The notes under the pieces are model-generated. The model had not been told where the DNA came from. It did not search any database and saw only the letters and a program-made list of their open reading frames with translations. Shown one piece after another: positions 54,541 through 64,000 of a stretch of 64,000 bases of DNA (positions are counted from its first letter, which is position 1; every line of letters begins with the position of its first letter). A program made the translations under genes and the position numbers. The DNA is from a virus (lineage: Duplodnaviria; Caudoviricetes): the IMG/VR virus record IMGVR_UViG_3300028410_000746, one strand, 5' to 3'.

Positions 54541-54904
54541 AGAGCCCACGCGCCTGAGCCTCTTCGTAGAGAAGCTGAGTCAGGCAGTAGCGGTAACGAC
54601 CCGCACGATTGTAGGCAGGGAGGCCCCCTAGTGACGACGTTGCCAGAAGTGTCACATGCGACGTTTGACATGCCACATACGAGTCAGAGAGATCCAGTGA
54701 TAAGGCCTTCACCACATCGCGCTGAAGCTCCCGGTAACGCAACGGCAGCTCGGCCATCTCCGCCAGCATGGCCTCCGTCTCAGGCATCACCCACGAGTAG
54801 ACGGTCGTGCTCAGTTTGGTATCCAACGTATCCTCCATACAAGCCTCACCGAGAGGCGGGGTCTTTTCCCCGAGAAGGTACCTTGACATACCATGAATCG
54901 TCAA
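54527..54904 (-). CDS. Hypothetical protein
   Basis: Tiles operon; start uncertain. Confidence 0.4.
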   Translation of the reverse strand: MTIHGMSRYLLGEKTPPLGEACMEDTLDTKLSTTVYSWVMPETEAMLAEMAELPLRYRELQRDVVKALSLDLSDSYVACQTSHVTLLATSSLGGLPAYNRAGRYRYCLTQLLYEEAQARGLYEVP

Positions 54905-54969
54905 CCCCCAAGGTCAATACTTCTTTTGTGCTCCGAGTAGTCGTATGCTTTCGCCCCCTCGGAGACTCG

Positions 54970-55584
54970 ATGAACCTGGACAGCTTGAAATACGGCGCGT
55001 TGAACCGTCAACAGGTCCTCTCCCTGTCCAGGCCGACCCCATTCTTCGCGTGCGACGTCGGTGATCTGCCTCTGGTCGCCCCCATGAAGAACAGCGACCC
55101 TCGCGTACGGCGAGAGATCGAGTTCGTGAACCACGTCATGAAGCGTAAGCCCCTCCCAGACGACTTCATGAAGCTGTGTGATCGGGACCTCCTCGCACCC
55201 TTCCACATGAGGCTTGCCAAGATCGGCGCGCCTCCGCCCCTCTGGTTGGAGCCTCTTGCCGGCCAAGTCGAGAGCTTCGTCGTCTACCTCAAGGAGCACT
55301 ACCAACGGGCCCGACCCTCACAGCTTGCCCCCTACATTGAGATGAACTTCATGCCTGAGGCGACCCTGAGCGGACACTCGCCAGCCTACCCCTCCGGCCA
55401 CTCCGCGCAAGCCATCGTGGTCGCGCTCGCGCTGCAAAAGGCCTACGGCAAGCACGGCTTCCTGGAGCTGGCCAAGGCGATCTCGCTTTCCCGGCTCCAG
55501 CTAGGCGTACACTACCCATCCGACAAGAAGTACGGGGAGTACCTCGGGTACTGGCTCTTCAAGCGCTGCACCTTTCGGCTCTAA
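54970..55584 (+). CDS. PAP2/vanadium-haloperoxidase-type phosphatase
   Basis: KEHYQRARP, AYPSGHS, SRLQLGVHYPSD; RBS GGAG. Confidence 0.88.
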   Translation: MNLDSLKYGALNRQQVLSLSRPTPFFACDVGDLPLVAPMKNSDPRVRREIEFVNHVMKRKPLPDDFMKLCDRDLLAPFHMRLAKIGAPPPLWLEPLAGQVESFVVYLKEHYQRARPSQLAPYIEMNFMPEATLSGHSPAYPSGHSAQAIVVALALQKAYGKHGFLELAKAISLSRLQLGVHYPSDKKYGEYLGYWLFKRCTFRL

Positions 55585-55787
55585 GGCCGACAGCCTCCCA
55601 CCTCGGATACCGAACCATCACAGCCTGAAACAAGACGACCCCGGCGAGGAGGAAGCGGCGCGTTCATCGCGCGCTGCAACCGACCCATGCCGGGGCGTCC
55701 GTGTACCCAGGACCATCCCACTGCCGCAAGGCTGAGGCCTCCGTAGAAACAGGCGCTCATCCAAATCAGGGCAACCAGGGCAGTCAT
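55581..55787 (-). CDS. Small membrane protein
   Basis: Hydrophobic N-terminus. Confidence 0.35.
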   Translation of the reverse strand: MTALVALIWMSACFYGGLSLAAVGWSWVHGRPGMGRLQRAMNAPLPPRRGRLVSGCDGSVSEVGGCRP

Positions 55788-55807
55788 GGGAAGCTCTCAG
55801 GTGCGGT

Positions 55808-57403
55808 TCAGCTCACCTCATCGGGGCTGAACGTGTAGGTAACCGTGCGGGTGCCGTCAGCGCTCACCTGCATGGAGATGAGGCCCTCCTGCGTCGTCTG
55901 CTGAATCAGCGCGGCGAGCGCGGGGTCCACCTCGCGGGAGACCTGGAGGTTGTGTGCCGTTGTACCCTCACTGGCAGTCGTTGACAAGGACTTATTGAAC
56001 TCCGACGGCTTCCTGCGGCGCATCGCCTTGGGACCCGAAACGCCCATGGCAACCTCCGCCCACTTCGCGCTGGTGTCGTCCAACGGGAGGCTGTTGGGAG
56101 TGTTGGATACGTTCGGAGCAGCGGACGAGGCGCGCTTCGTAGTCACGACCTCCTCCGTATCCAAGATCGAAGCCTGCTCCAGAAGCCAGGACGGCTCAGG
56201 CATCGAGCAGCTCCCCTCGCGGGTGAGCACCTGACGCAGCAAAGGCCTCGCATCCTCGGAGACATCCTCGAACAGCGCCGTCAGGTCCGGGGCTCCCAGG
56301 ATCTGGTACTGATAGGGACGGACATCGCGAGCCACCGTCACGAGGCCCTCCTTCTCCAGACGGCGAAGGGGGAGATCCACGAGCGCACCCGACGTATCGC
56401 TGTAGATACCGCGAAAGGCCGACACCACGAACTCAGACTGACGCACCGGGACCGCAGCCTCAGACGCTCCGAGATCGTTCAGGACCGCCAGAATCAACCT
56501 GGACTGGGCCTCGACCTCACCTCCATCTGATTCTCCCGAGAGGTTCGCCTGGACGTACGCCTTGGCCATCGCCGGAGTCACATGCTCGAAGGCCGGAGTC
56601 ACCGAAGAGTAGCTGGTGTTCTGACGGCTCAGGAACCCCAGGTTCACCAGATCCTGAACGCGGCGGCTGATCTGAGCGAAGGGCTGACCCGTGAGCTGGT
56701 GGATAAGACGTGAAGACACGTCACCACCGATCGCCACGTAGTGCGTGAAGAGGTTCACGAGGTCCTTGCTCGGGGTCGGGAGGTCCTCGTAGAACTGAGC
56801 CTCCTTGAGCGCCTTGACCTTCTTGTACGTACGGTAGGACTTCCAGTCCTGTTGCAAGCGCTCCTGCAACAGGGAGTTGAAGGCAAAACGGAAGGTCTCC
56901 ACGTCGAAGCGGTCCGACACGTGGCGAGTGCCGAAGCTCGACAGGATGTCCGTCAAGCGAAGGAAGGTCTCCTGCATGGCCGCCAGCTCATCGCTGCGAA
57001 CGGTCTGCCTGCGAATCTTGAGCGTCTCATCCTGGAGAATCCCATACAGGTCGCTCATCTGGAAGACGCCCGGTGCAACCTCCAGGGGGATCACGTACTG
57101 AAGGTCCGCCTCCGACGACTGGTTGCGGTCGTGGTCCCACCCAAAGATGCGGGCTCCCAGGACCGGAACCTTGGTCCGAGAGAAATACATCATCTCGAAG
57201 TGGTGCAGGAGCAGCGCGGCGTAACCGATCAGGGACGATACATTGCCGATGTAAATCGACTCGTCGAGAAGGTCCAGAGCGGCCTTGCCATAGCGCGCCT
57301 CAAACGCGCTCTGGTTCGTGTGTGGGGTGACCTTGAACATCTGGCTCAGGTCGTGGGTCGGGACGTATCCCTCTTCGGGAGAGGGGGTCGTTTGCGTGTC
57401 CAT
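55808..57403 (-). CDS. Hypothetical protein, possible winged-helix repeats
   Basis: RBS GGAGG; HTH-like ISRRVQDLVNLGFL and LRRLEKEGLV. Confidence 0.6.
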   Translation of the reverse strand: MDTQTTPSPEEGYVPTHDLSQMFKVTPHTNQSAFEARYGKAALDLLDESIYIGNVSSLIGYAALLLHHFEMMYFSRTKVPVLGARIFGWDHDRNQSSEADLQYVIPLEVAPGVFQMSDLYGILQDETLKIRRQTVRSDELAAMQETFLRLTDILSSFGTRHVSDRFDVETFRFAFNSLLQERLQQDWKSYRTYKKVKALKEAQFYEDLPTPSKDLVNLFTHYVAIGGDVSSRLIHQLTGQPFAQISRRVQDLVNLGFLSRQNTSYSSVTPAFEHVTPAMAKAYVQANLSGESDGGEVEAQSRLILAVLNDLGASEAAVPVRQSEFVVSAFRGIYSDTSGALVDLPLRRLEKEGLVTVARDVRPYQYQILGAPDLTALFEDVSEDARPLLRQVLTREGSCSMPEPSWLLEQASILDTEEVVTTKRASSAAPNVSNTPNSLPLDDTSAKWAEVAMGVSGPKAMRRRKPSEFNKSLSTTASEGTTAHNLQVSREVDPALAALIQQTTQEGLISMQVSADGTRTVTYTFSPDEVS

Positions 57404-57509
57404 TCTATCCTCCAATGGTTGAAGCAATCATCACCAGGAGAATGACACAAGAAACCCGCTCTCGTCAAATGAAAGCGGGTTTCTGAGTGGTCGTATGACG
57501 AGCGTTAAG

Positions 57510-57591
57510 TACGGGGGGAGGGGATCGAACCCTCACGGCCGAAGCCACAGAATTTTGAATCCTGCGTGTCTACCAGTTCCACCACACCCGC
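57510..57591 (-). tRNA. tRNA-Leu(CAA)
   Basis: Type II Leu body, loop TT CAA AA. Confidence 0.9.
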
Positions 57592-57594
57592 ATA

Positions 57595-57667
57595 TGCCGC
57601 TGAGAGGACTCGAACCCCTTTCTCCTCCATACCACAGAGGTATCCTAGCCGGTTGGACTACAGCGGC
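57595..57667 (-). tRNA. tRNA-Thr(GGU)
   Basis: C2-G71, A73; atypical G32. Confidence 0.8.
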
Positions 57668-57670
57668 GAG

Positions 57671-57742
57671 AGCCTCACGAGGGACTTGAACCCTCCTCTC
57701 GGCATTACAAAAGCCGCGCGGCGCCGTCTCCGCTTGGGTGGC
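57671..57742 (-). tRNA. tRNA-Thr(UGU), degenerate acceptor stem
   Basis: Loop TT TGT AA; two acceptor mismatches. Confidence 0.6.
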
Positions 57743-57779
57743 ATGGTGATAAGTGCCACCCAAGCGAAGGCTATTCCAC

Positions 57780-58322
57780 TCACAGGTGCCTCAACCGCGC
57801 GGTAAAGACCAGGACCCGCTCGGCCCCCACGCGAGTGAGTCGGATCAGATCACGGTGCCCCATACGAGACAGGCACGCCGAGAACGCAGACGTGTTCACA
57901 CCCTCCAACTGATCGCTCAGAGCTGTCAGGAGGTCGGAGTTGGAGCCCTGAAGAGTCAAAACTCGGCACGTGCGCGGCTTGGAAGTCCCCGACTCTCGCA
58001 GACGCCTCTCCGCCTCTCCTTGAAGCGCACGCAGGAGCAAAAGCTCTCGGGCGGGGAGACTACTCGGGTCGACCCAGGAGATGCCTCCTGACTCCTCGAC
58101 GTCTGGCATGGTGTACCGGGTAGACGTGTCAGCTCGCAGCATGTCAGCCTTGAGCAAACGAAGCTCGGAGAAGAACGCTTGGGCCTCCTTCTCACGTTGT
58201 GTGACCCGAGCTTCCCGGACATCCAACTCGTGGGCGCGCTCGCGTAGGAGCGTGATCAGGGGCGCGAGCGCGCCCGCGAGGACAGAACGGGCCAGATCAT
58301 CAAAGGTATCAGACGTCTTCAT
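57780..58322 (-). CDS. Hypothetical coiled-coil/winged-helix protein
   Basis: Start overlaps the upstream stop. Confidence 0.5.
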   Translation of the reverse strand: MKTSDTFDDLARSVLAGALAPLITLLRERAHELDVREARVTQREKEAQAFFSELRLLKADMLRADTSTRYTMPDVEESGGISWVDPSSLPARELLLLRALQGEAERRLRESGTSKPRTCRVLTLQGSNSDLLTALSDQLEGVNTSAFSACLSRMGHRDLIRLTRVGAERVLVFTARLRHL

Positions 58323-58633
58323 TGCGCAAACCATGGGTGTGCCGTGACTCCCCGACCGCCGCAGTCGTCACATGGAGGATGAGAATAGAGAACCCCCTCG
58401 CCGCCACACGCGCCACACTCAAGGTCGTAGAGGACCCCTTGGTAGTCACACCTCGCGCAGCCGTCCGGATCTTCCCCGTCTCCTTCCCCTCCGCAGGCCG
58501 GACACGGAATCTCTTCCAGGAAGCCATCCCCCCGACAGACCTCGCACTCGGTCTCCAGGAGGAGATCCTTTCGGACCCCCTCCATCATACAGACCTCGCA
58601 CTCGACGAGCATTGTGGGAGGCATGGGACTCAT
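58319..58633 (-). CDS. DnaJ-type CxxCxGxG Zn-finger protein
   Basis: Multiple CxxCxGxG repeats. Confidence 0.7.
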   Translation of the reverse strand: MSPMPPTMLVECEVCMMEGVRKDLLLETECEVCRGDGFLEEIPCPACGGEGDGEDPDGCARCDYQGVLYDLECGACGGEGVLYSHPPCDDCGGRGVTAHPWFAQ

Positions 58634-61600
58634 ACAGACGGCTCCTGGACGAAGGGCTCGGTCACCGGGAGAGCCTTGGTCCAGTCACGAAGAACGTCTC
58701 GGAACACCAGCGGCGGAATCTGCTCCACGCGGTCCACCGGGTAGAACGTCATTTCGCTGAGCACCAGGGCGTCCACGTCACGCAGGTCCTTGGTACACTG
58801 CGAGGGCATGATGACCTCACGGATGCCCGCGCGATGCGCGGCGATGACCTTCTCCTTGATGCCGCCGACCGGGAGCACCTGACCCGTGAGCGTAATCTCA
58901 CCGGTCATGGCCACCTCTCGGCGCAGCTTGAGCCCCGCGAAGCGAGAGAGCAAGGCGCTGAACATCGTGATGCCTGCGGAGGGACCATCCTTGGGGATGG
59001 CGCCAGCCGGCACGTGGATGTGAAGGTCGTGCGACTTGATCATGTTGGTGTCTACTCCATACAGATCGCCATGCGCACGCAGGTAGCTCAGGGCAGCCCG
59101 GACAGACTCCTTCATGACGTCTCCGAGCTGGCCCGTCAGCGTCACCTCACCCTTACCCCCTTTCATCGCCTGCACCTCAATGAAGAGGATGTCTCCACCT
59201 ACCGCCGTCCAGGCCAAGCCCGTTGCCACGCCCTCCTGATCCTCACGCTGCGACACCTCCGAGATGTACCGAACGGGACCCAGCGCCTTCTCGACCCGCC
59301 CCATGTCCAGGGGGAACACCGCACCGAGACGCTCAGCCTCCGGAAGCTTGACGACATCCACAGCGATAGAGCGGCACAGGTCTCCCAGCCTACGGTTCAG
59401 GCTACGGACGCCCGCCTCACGGGTGTACTTGTCCACCACGTGGTGGACCACCCCATCCGCGACCTCGATCTGGTCGGGCCCCAGACCGTGGGCGGCTACC
59501 TGCTTGGGGAAGAGATAGCGAGTCGCGATCTCATTCTTCTCGAACATCGTGTAGCTGGGGACCTCCAGGATCTCCATACGGTCACGCAGCGGAGCCGAGA
59601 TCGTATCCAACCGGTTGGCCGTGGCGATGAAGAGGACCTTGGACAGGTCAAGGTCTATCTCCAGGTAGTGGTCGTTGAACGTCGAGTTCTGAGCCGGATC
59701 AAGAACCTCCAGGAACGCGGCGGCGGGGTCGCCTCGGAAGTCCGAGCCCACCTTGTCGATCTCGTCCAGGAGGATGACCGGGTTCATCGTGCCGGCCTTC
59801 TGAAGCGCTCGAACGATGCGGCCCGGCATGGCGCCCACATAGGTACGACGGTGACCACGGATCTCGGACTCGTCGTGCATACCTCCAAGGGAGATGCGCG
59901 CGAACTTGCGGCCCATCGTCCGGGCAATGGACTTGGCGATGGACGTGTTATGCGTCACAATCACGTCATCAGTGATGTAAAGAGAATCAGGAGCAGAGAC
60001 CTTGATGCACTGAGTCTCCTTGACACCTACCGCTACGATATCAGAGATGAACCTCTTGGGAGCGTACTTACTCTTGGAGACCCACCGCTGAGCTTTGGCG
60101 TCACACCAGAAGGGACACTGACCCGCCGACATTGAGACCGTCACGTTGTACGCCAGACGACCCGAACGCCTCTCCCCATCAACCGTATATGACGGCTTTT
60201 TCATCGTCACCCGTGTCACCCCCCCAAGCGACCGGACCAACCACTGCACGTCATCACACAATCGCGTCGACGTCGTACAAAAAGAAACCCTACAACCCGT
60301 CGCGTCTACAGTACCGCCAGTGTCCATCAAGCCCTGCAAAAGAGCGAGCCTCTGCTCTACCGAGCCGTAAAGGTACACATAAGGTACATGCTTTTCGTAC
60401 GAGTAGAGCCCCGTAAGTTCCAGAGCATCCAGCTCCACCTGCAACGCGTCCCGTACAGACCCCTTTCGCCCTGCGGTCAAACGATAGTCACAGGTCTCCG
60501 ACGCTTGCTTGCGCATCCGAACCTCCCCCGGCAAGGCGGCAGCTACGCGTGCGCAAATATCACCCTCTGGGTTTGAAAAACCAACGGAAGCTCCCGTAAG
60601 GCCTCCATCTCCCAAGAGCGCCCCCAAGAGGTACGGGTCAAGGGGTACGGACTTTTCCGCAAACTCCAAGGGCTGGGTCAGAGGGATAGAATGGTTGCGG
60701 CGAGCGTCCGAGCCGTACCGAAGCGTCTCTCGGATTTGCTCCAGAGACTTCACCGACCCCTCACGGGAAGCCTTCCGATCGAGGTCGGTATGCGTGTACC
60801 ACAAGTGCTCGTCGCAACACTCTGTTGATGAGCCGTCTTGAAACTCCACACGATACACCGGCCGCGTGCCTTGAGGGAACGCGCCCTCCACGTGATGAAC
60901 GCCCCCGTCCGCACCCATGACCGCATCACCTACCGCAAGCGTACCCATCGCAACCCAACCCTTCGGGGTCAACACCCGCGCATCCAAAGGCTGCGCCTTG
61001 CCCACACCGGGAGGGCCCACGAAGCACAGGATCGGGCCGTTCATGTCCTGCTTGAGCGCCTGAACAGCCAGATGCTCGACCACCCTTCGCTTCACCTTCT
61101 CCAGGCCGTAGTGGTCCGCGTCGAGCACATCCTCCGCGCGGACGACATCCAGGTTGTCCTCGCTCTCGACGCCCCACGGCACATCGAGCATCTGCTGGAT
61201 GTAGTTGAGCGTCACCGAATACTCGGAGCTGGCCGGCTGCATCGCGTCGAGTCGACGATGCTGCTTCAGGACCGCAGCCTCCACCTCCTCAGGCATGTCT
61301 GCCTCCTGAATACGCTCAAGCAGCTCCTCCGTCTCGGAGATGTCCTCACCGAGCTGGTCCTTGATGACCTTGAGCTGCTGGCGAAGGATGTACTCACGCT
61401 GAATAGACTTGCTGCGCTCCTGGAGCGACTGGTTGATCTCACCCGCCAGCTCCTGGCGCGCGATACGCTCCCCCAGGATGCGCAGACACCGAGACGCGCG
61501 CTCCGTGATGTTCGGCTCCAGGTAGAGAGCCAACAGGTCCTCATCCTCGAAGCGGGGCGCGAGCATGTCTGTAAGGTCTGAGAGGGAGCCCACAGCACGC

Positions 61601-62079
61601 ACGCGCTCGAACTCCTGCTCGGGAGCGTCCGGATCGTCTCCCAGGACCTGAAGCGTCTTCTCCTGAAGCGCCTCGAACAGCGCTTCATTGTACTCCGCCT
61701 CCTTGTCGAACTCCGGTCCAATGACCTCGAAGTGACCCATCAACGGCGCGGAGGCATCCTCCGGAATCTCAAGATCCAGGAGCCTCAGCCTCACCTCCCC
61801 GGAAGAAATGACCGTATAGTCGTTCGCGTTCGGGTTCGGGATGATCTTGATGCAGGACACCAGGGTCGCGATCTCGTGGACCTCATCCATCGAGGACAGC
61901 GTGAGCACGTCCGGAGACTTCTGAAGCACGACCGCGATCTTGAAAGGCGCCGGCGAGTCTGCACCCTCAATGACCGCCAGGGAGCGTGCTCGACCGACCC
62001 GAACAGGGATCATCTGTAGCGGGAAAAGAGGGTTCTCGCGCATGGCGATCACGGGAAGGTACAGGGTGTCAGCGCTCAT
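58630..62079 (-). CDS. lon: ATP-dependent Lon protease containing an intein
   Basis: LON N-domain, GPPGVGK|T, LLDEIDK, DGPSAG catalytic Ser, IGGIKEK-type VGGIKEK. Confidence 0.97.
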   Translation of the reverse strand: MSADTLYLPVIAMRENPLFPLQMIPVRVGRARSLAVIEGADSPAPFKIAVVLQKSPDVLTLSSMDEVHEIATLVSCIKIIPNPNANDYTVISSGEVRLRLLDLEIPEDASAPLMGHFEVIGPEFDKEAEYNEALFEALQEKTLQVLGDDPDAPEQEFERVRAVGSLSDLTDMLAPRFEDEDLLALYLEPNITERASRCLRILGERIARQELAGEINQSLQERSKSIQREYILRQQLKVIKDQLGEDISETEELLERIQEADMPEEVEAAVLKQHRRLDAMQPASSEYSVTLNYIQQMLDVPWGVESEDNLDVVRAEDVLDADHYGLEKVKRRVVEHLAVQALKQDMNGPILCFVGPPGVGKAQPLDARVLTPKGWVAMGTLAVGDAVMGADGGVHHVEGAFPQGTRPVYRVEFQDGSSTECCDEHLWYTHTDLDRKASREGSVKSLEQIRETLRYGSDARRNHSIPLTQPLEFAEKSVPLDPYLLGALLGDGGLTGASVGFSNPEGDICARVAAALPGEVRMRKQASETCDYRLTAGRKGSVRDALQVELDALELTGLYSYEKHVPYVYLYGSVEQRLALLQGLMDTGGTVDATGCRVSFCTTSTRLCDDVQWLVRSLGGVTRVTMKKPSYTVDGERRSGRLAYNVTVSMSAGQCPFWCDAKAQRWVSKSKYAPKRFISDIVAVGVKETQCIKVSAPDSLYITDDVIVTHNTSIAKSIARTMGRKFARISLGGMHDESEIRGHRRTYVGAMPGRIVRALQKAGTMNPVILLDEIDKVGSDFRGDPAAAFLEVLDPAQNSTFNDHYLEIDLDLSKVLFIATANRLDTISAPLRDRMEILEVPSYTMFEKNEIATRYLFPKQVAAHGLGPDQIEVADGVVHHVVDKYTREAGVRSLNRRLGDLCRSIAVDVVKLPEAERLGAVFPLDMGRVEKALGPVRYISEVSQREDQEGVATGLAWTAVGGDILFIEVQAMKGGKGEVTLTGQLGDVMKESVRAALSYLRAHGDLYGVDTNMIKSHDLHIHVPAGAIPKDGPSAGITMFSALLSRFAGLKLRREVAMTGEITLTGQVLPVGGIKEKVIAAHRAGIREVIMPSQCTKDLRDVDALVLSEMTFYPVDRVEQIPPLVFRDVLRDWTKALPVTEPFVQEPSV
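59947..60996 (-). mobile_element. Class-3 intein (350 aa) with a LAGLIDADG domain in the Lon P-loop
   Basis: Starts AQPLD, ends VTHN before Thr+1; WCT signature (HLW, TQC, VTHN). Confidence 0.92.
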
Positions 62080-62128
62080 CGTGGTCCTCGGTAGTGCATT
62101 TGTGTAGTATCATGTTGTCCCCCACCGT

Positions 62129-62674
62129 GTGAGGTGCCTCGTGGCTTTGATCGTTCTCGACCTTGAGTACAACCAACCCTCACGACGTATCATCCAGATT
62201 GGGGCAGTCGAAGTGCGAGCCCATGAGGGTGAGATTGAACCAGTTTTCTGTGAGCACGTCAACCCCGGAGAGCCGCTTGACGCCTACATCCAGAAGCTGA
62301 CGGGGATCACTCAAGAGCAGGCTTCGCGCGCGCAAACCCTGGATCACGTCGCCGCTCGCTTCTGGCGTACCATCGGCCACCACGAGCACATAGTCCTCGG
62401 AGGTTGGGGCGACGACGCGAGAAAGCTCGTGCGAGACTCCCACCGCGCGAAGGTACTCACACCTGAAGCACACGCGCTCGACCTGACGACGCTGTGGAAG
62501 CTCTTGCAGACGCTTGGAGAAGCTCCCACGCCCAAGAATCACGGCCTCAAGAGGCTCATGCGCTACTACGGCGTCCGCTTCGAGGGTCAACAGCACGACG
62601 CCCTCACGGACGCGCGCGCTACGGGTGAGGTCCTCATGAAGATGGCTCAAGCGGCTCGGGATATTCTTGGCTGA
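62129..62674 (+). CDS. DEDDh 3'-5' exonuclease
   Basis: VLDLEY..IIQIGAV..LTGIT..WGDD..QHDALTDA. Confidence 0.85.
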   Translation: MRCLVALIVLDLEYNQPSRRIIQIGAVEVRAHEGEIEPVFCEHVNPGEPLDAYIQKLTGITQEQASRAQTLDHVAARFWRTIGHHEHIVLGGWGDDARKLVRDSHRAKVLTPEAHALDLTTLWKLLQTLGEAPTPKNHGLKRLMRYYGVRFEGQQHDALTDARATGEVLMKMAQAARDILG

Positions 62675-63146
62675 CCGCGAGCTGCGAGTTGAAGTAGCGA
62701 GTATCGTCCGAGACCTCCACACCAACCCAGTCCGGCAAGACCAACTCCTGAGCCTCACTCTCCAGCTCGACCTCGGCCACGACCAACGGGCTAAACGGCT
62801 CCTCGAACGTGTCGATCTCCCAAAGCACACCTGAGTGGTCCACGGTATGCCTCGTCTTACAAACGAGGTTCCCACAGTCCTTCAACAGACGCGTGGCCTC
62901 AGGGTACTTGATGCCCACCTCATGCTCCACCCTCGTGATACCCGTCGTGGGCCCCTTGATGGTCAGAAAGGCAAGGGGCCGCGACATCGGACGCCGACAT
63001 ACACGCACCCGAACCGTGGTCTCCGGGCCGATGCCCCGCAAGTAACCCTGTTCGATCTCCACCACGTCCTTGAGAATACCAGAAGCGACGGCCGCAGCCC
63101 TTCGTCCCGGAAGCACCAGGAACTTTCGCTCGATCTCAACACCCAC
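62634..63146 (-). CDS. CYTH-domain triphosphatase/adenylate cyclase-like protein
   Basis: EIERKFLV, IEQGYL, VRVR, LTIKG, KTRH, WEID, AEVEL. Confidence 0.92.
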   Translation of the reverse strand: MGVEIERKFLVLPGRRAAAVASGILKDVVEIEQGYLRGIGPETTVRVRVCRRPMSRPLAFLTIKGPTTGITRVEHEVGIKYPEATRLLKDCGNLVCKTRHTVDHSGVLWEIDTFEEPFSPLVVAEVELESEAQELVLPDWVGVEVSDDTRYFNSQLAVSQEYPEPLEPSS

Positions 63147-64000
63147 TCACTCCTCTCCTGCCCTCATGAGGGCCATGTAGTTCACGATCATCTCCTTGCG
63201 CACCTCGGCAGACTTGCCCATCACGTCCGAGAGCACCGTATCCAGCTCACCCTCATCTGGCACGGTCACCGGGAGAAGCGTTCGGGAAGAGGGCGACAGC
63301 GCCGTGTAGCGCAGCTCCTCCTTCATCATCTCACCCAACCCCTTGAAGCGGGCGATCTCGGGAGGACGACTCAAGGTCTTGAGGTACACCGCCAGGGCCC
63401 GGTCGTCTTCGATCCACCGAGACGTTGAACCCACGGTGACCTTGTAGAGAGGAGGCTTGGCCAAGTAAACGTGGCCTCCCCTCACCAAGTCAGGCATGTA
63501 CCGCCACAGGAAGGTCAGCAACAGCGTCGCGATGTGCGAACCGTCCGAATCCGCATCCATGAGCAGGATGACCTTATGGTAGCGCAAGGAGTCCGCATCG
63601 TAAAGCTCCTTTACGCCACAGCCCAACGCCTCTACCAAGTCTCCCAGCTCTCGGTTCTTGAGCACCTGAGAGGTGGTAGCGGATTCCGCGTTGAGGACCT
63701 TCCCCCTCAAAGGGAGGATCGCCTGTGTGCGACGCTCGCGAGCCTGCTTGGCGTTGCCACCAGCGGAGTCTCCCTCCACCACGAACAGCTCACACTCCGA
63801 CGGGTTCTTGGAGGTACAGTCTGCCAGCTTGCCCGGAAGAGCGAGGGCCCGGTTGGCGGGCTTCTTTCGCTTGACCAGCTTCGTAGCGGATCGCGAGGCC
63901 TTGCGTGCTCGCGCTGCCTGTATGATGCGCTGGGAGATGTCGGAGGCGGTCTCGGGGTTTCCCAGCAGGAAGCTCTCCAGCTCCGTACGCACGAGCTGCG
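63147..64000 (-). CDS. gyrB: Type IIA topoisomerase subunit B (GyrB/ParE), 5'-truncated at the window edge
   Basis: EGDSAGG, PLRGKVLN, MDADSDGSHI, RFKGLGEM. Confidence 0.93.
   Translation of the reverse strand, partial: QLVRTELESFLLGNPETASDISQRIIQAARARKASRSATKLVKRKKPANRALALPGKLADCTSKNPSECELFVVEGDSAGGNAKQARERRTQAILPLRGKVLNAESATTSQVLKNRELGDLVEALGCGVKELYDADSLRYHKVILLMDADSDGSHIATLLLTFLWRYMPDLVRGGHVYLAKPPLYKVTVGSTSRWIEDDRALAVYLKTLSRPPEIARFKGLGEMMKEELRYTALSPSSRTLLPVTVPDEGELDTVLSDVMGKSAEVRKEMIVNYMALMRAGEE

Noticed and set aside
58372-60135. Long plus-strand ORFs antisense to real genes (also 27467-28501, 53384-54364, 24211-25200)
   Set aside because: Shadow ORFs of high-GC coding strands; the opposite strand carries recognisable or well-tiled proteins.
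1-64000. Genome-wide TAG reassignment (code 15)
   Set aside because: Long conserved genes (Lon, tail protein, GyrB) have no in-frame TAG, and several genes appear to end at TAG. Only one clear in-frame amber was found.

Overview
The window is best read as a 64-kb slice of a high-GC jumbo-phage genome. Almost all genes lie on the minus strand, and most are short hypothetical early-type genes behind repeated sigma70-like promoters. Recognisable proteins: a tail/virion cluster (LamG + Ig/cadherin-like + PKD), GroES, Lon with a class-3 intein, type II topoisomerase B, Gmk, Orn, AlkB, NUDIX, CYTH, PAP2, a macrodomain and two Pth2-like proteins. The non-coding content is unusually rich. (i) Three cas-less type I-E CRISPR arrays (2, 3 and 9 repeats) and two promoter-driven solitary repeats. 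(ii) About 16 tRNA genes, including two CUA amber-suppressor tRNAs with a tRNA-Phe-like core and a rare Leu(AAG). (iii) A Pth2-like gene with an in-frame UAG at codon 3, upstream of one suppressor tRNA on the same strand. (iv) Circularly permuted, acceptor-closed tRNA-like domains carried in a conserved RNA scaffold present in about 6 copies. (v) Two tandem Tyr-like tRNAs whose halves pair crosswise. All calls were made by eye from the sequence and ORF track; no database search or folding program was run.
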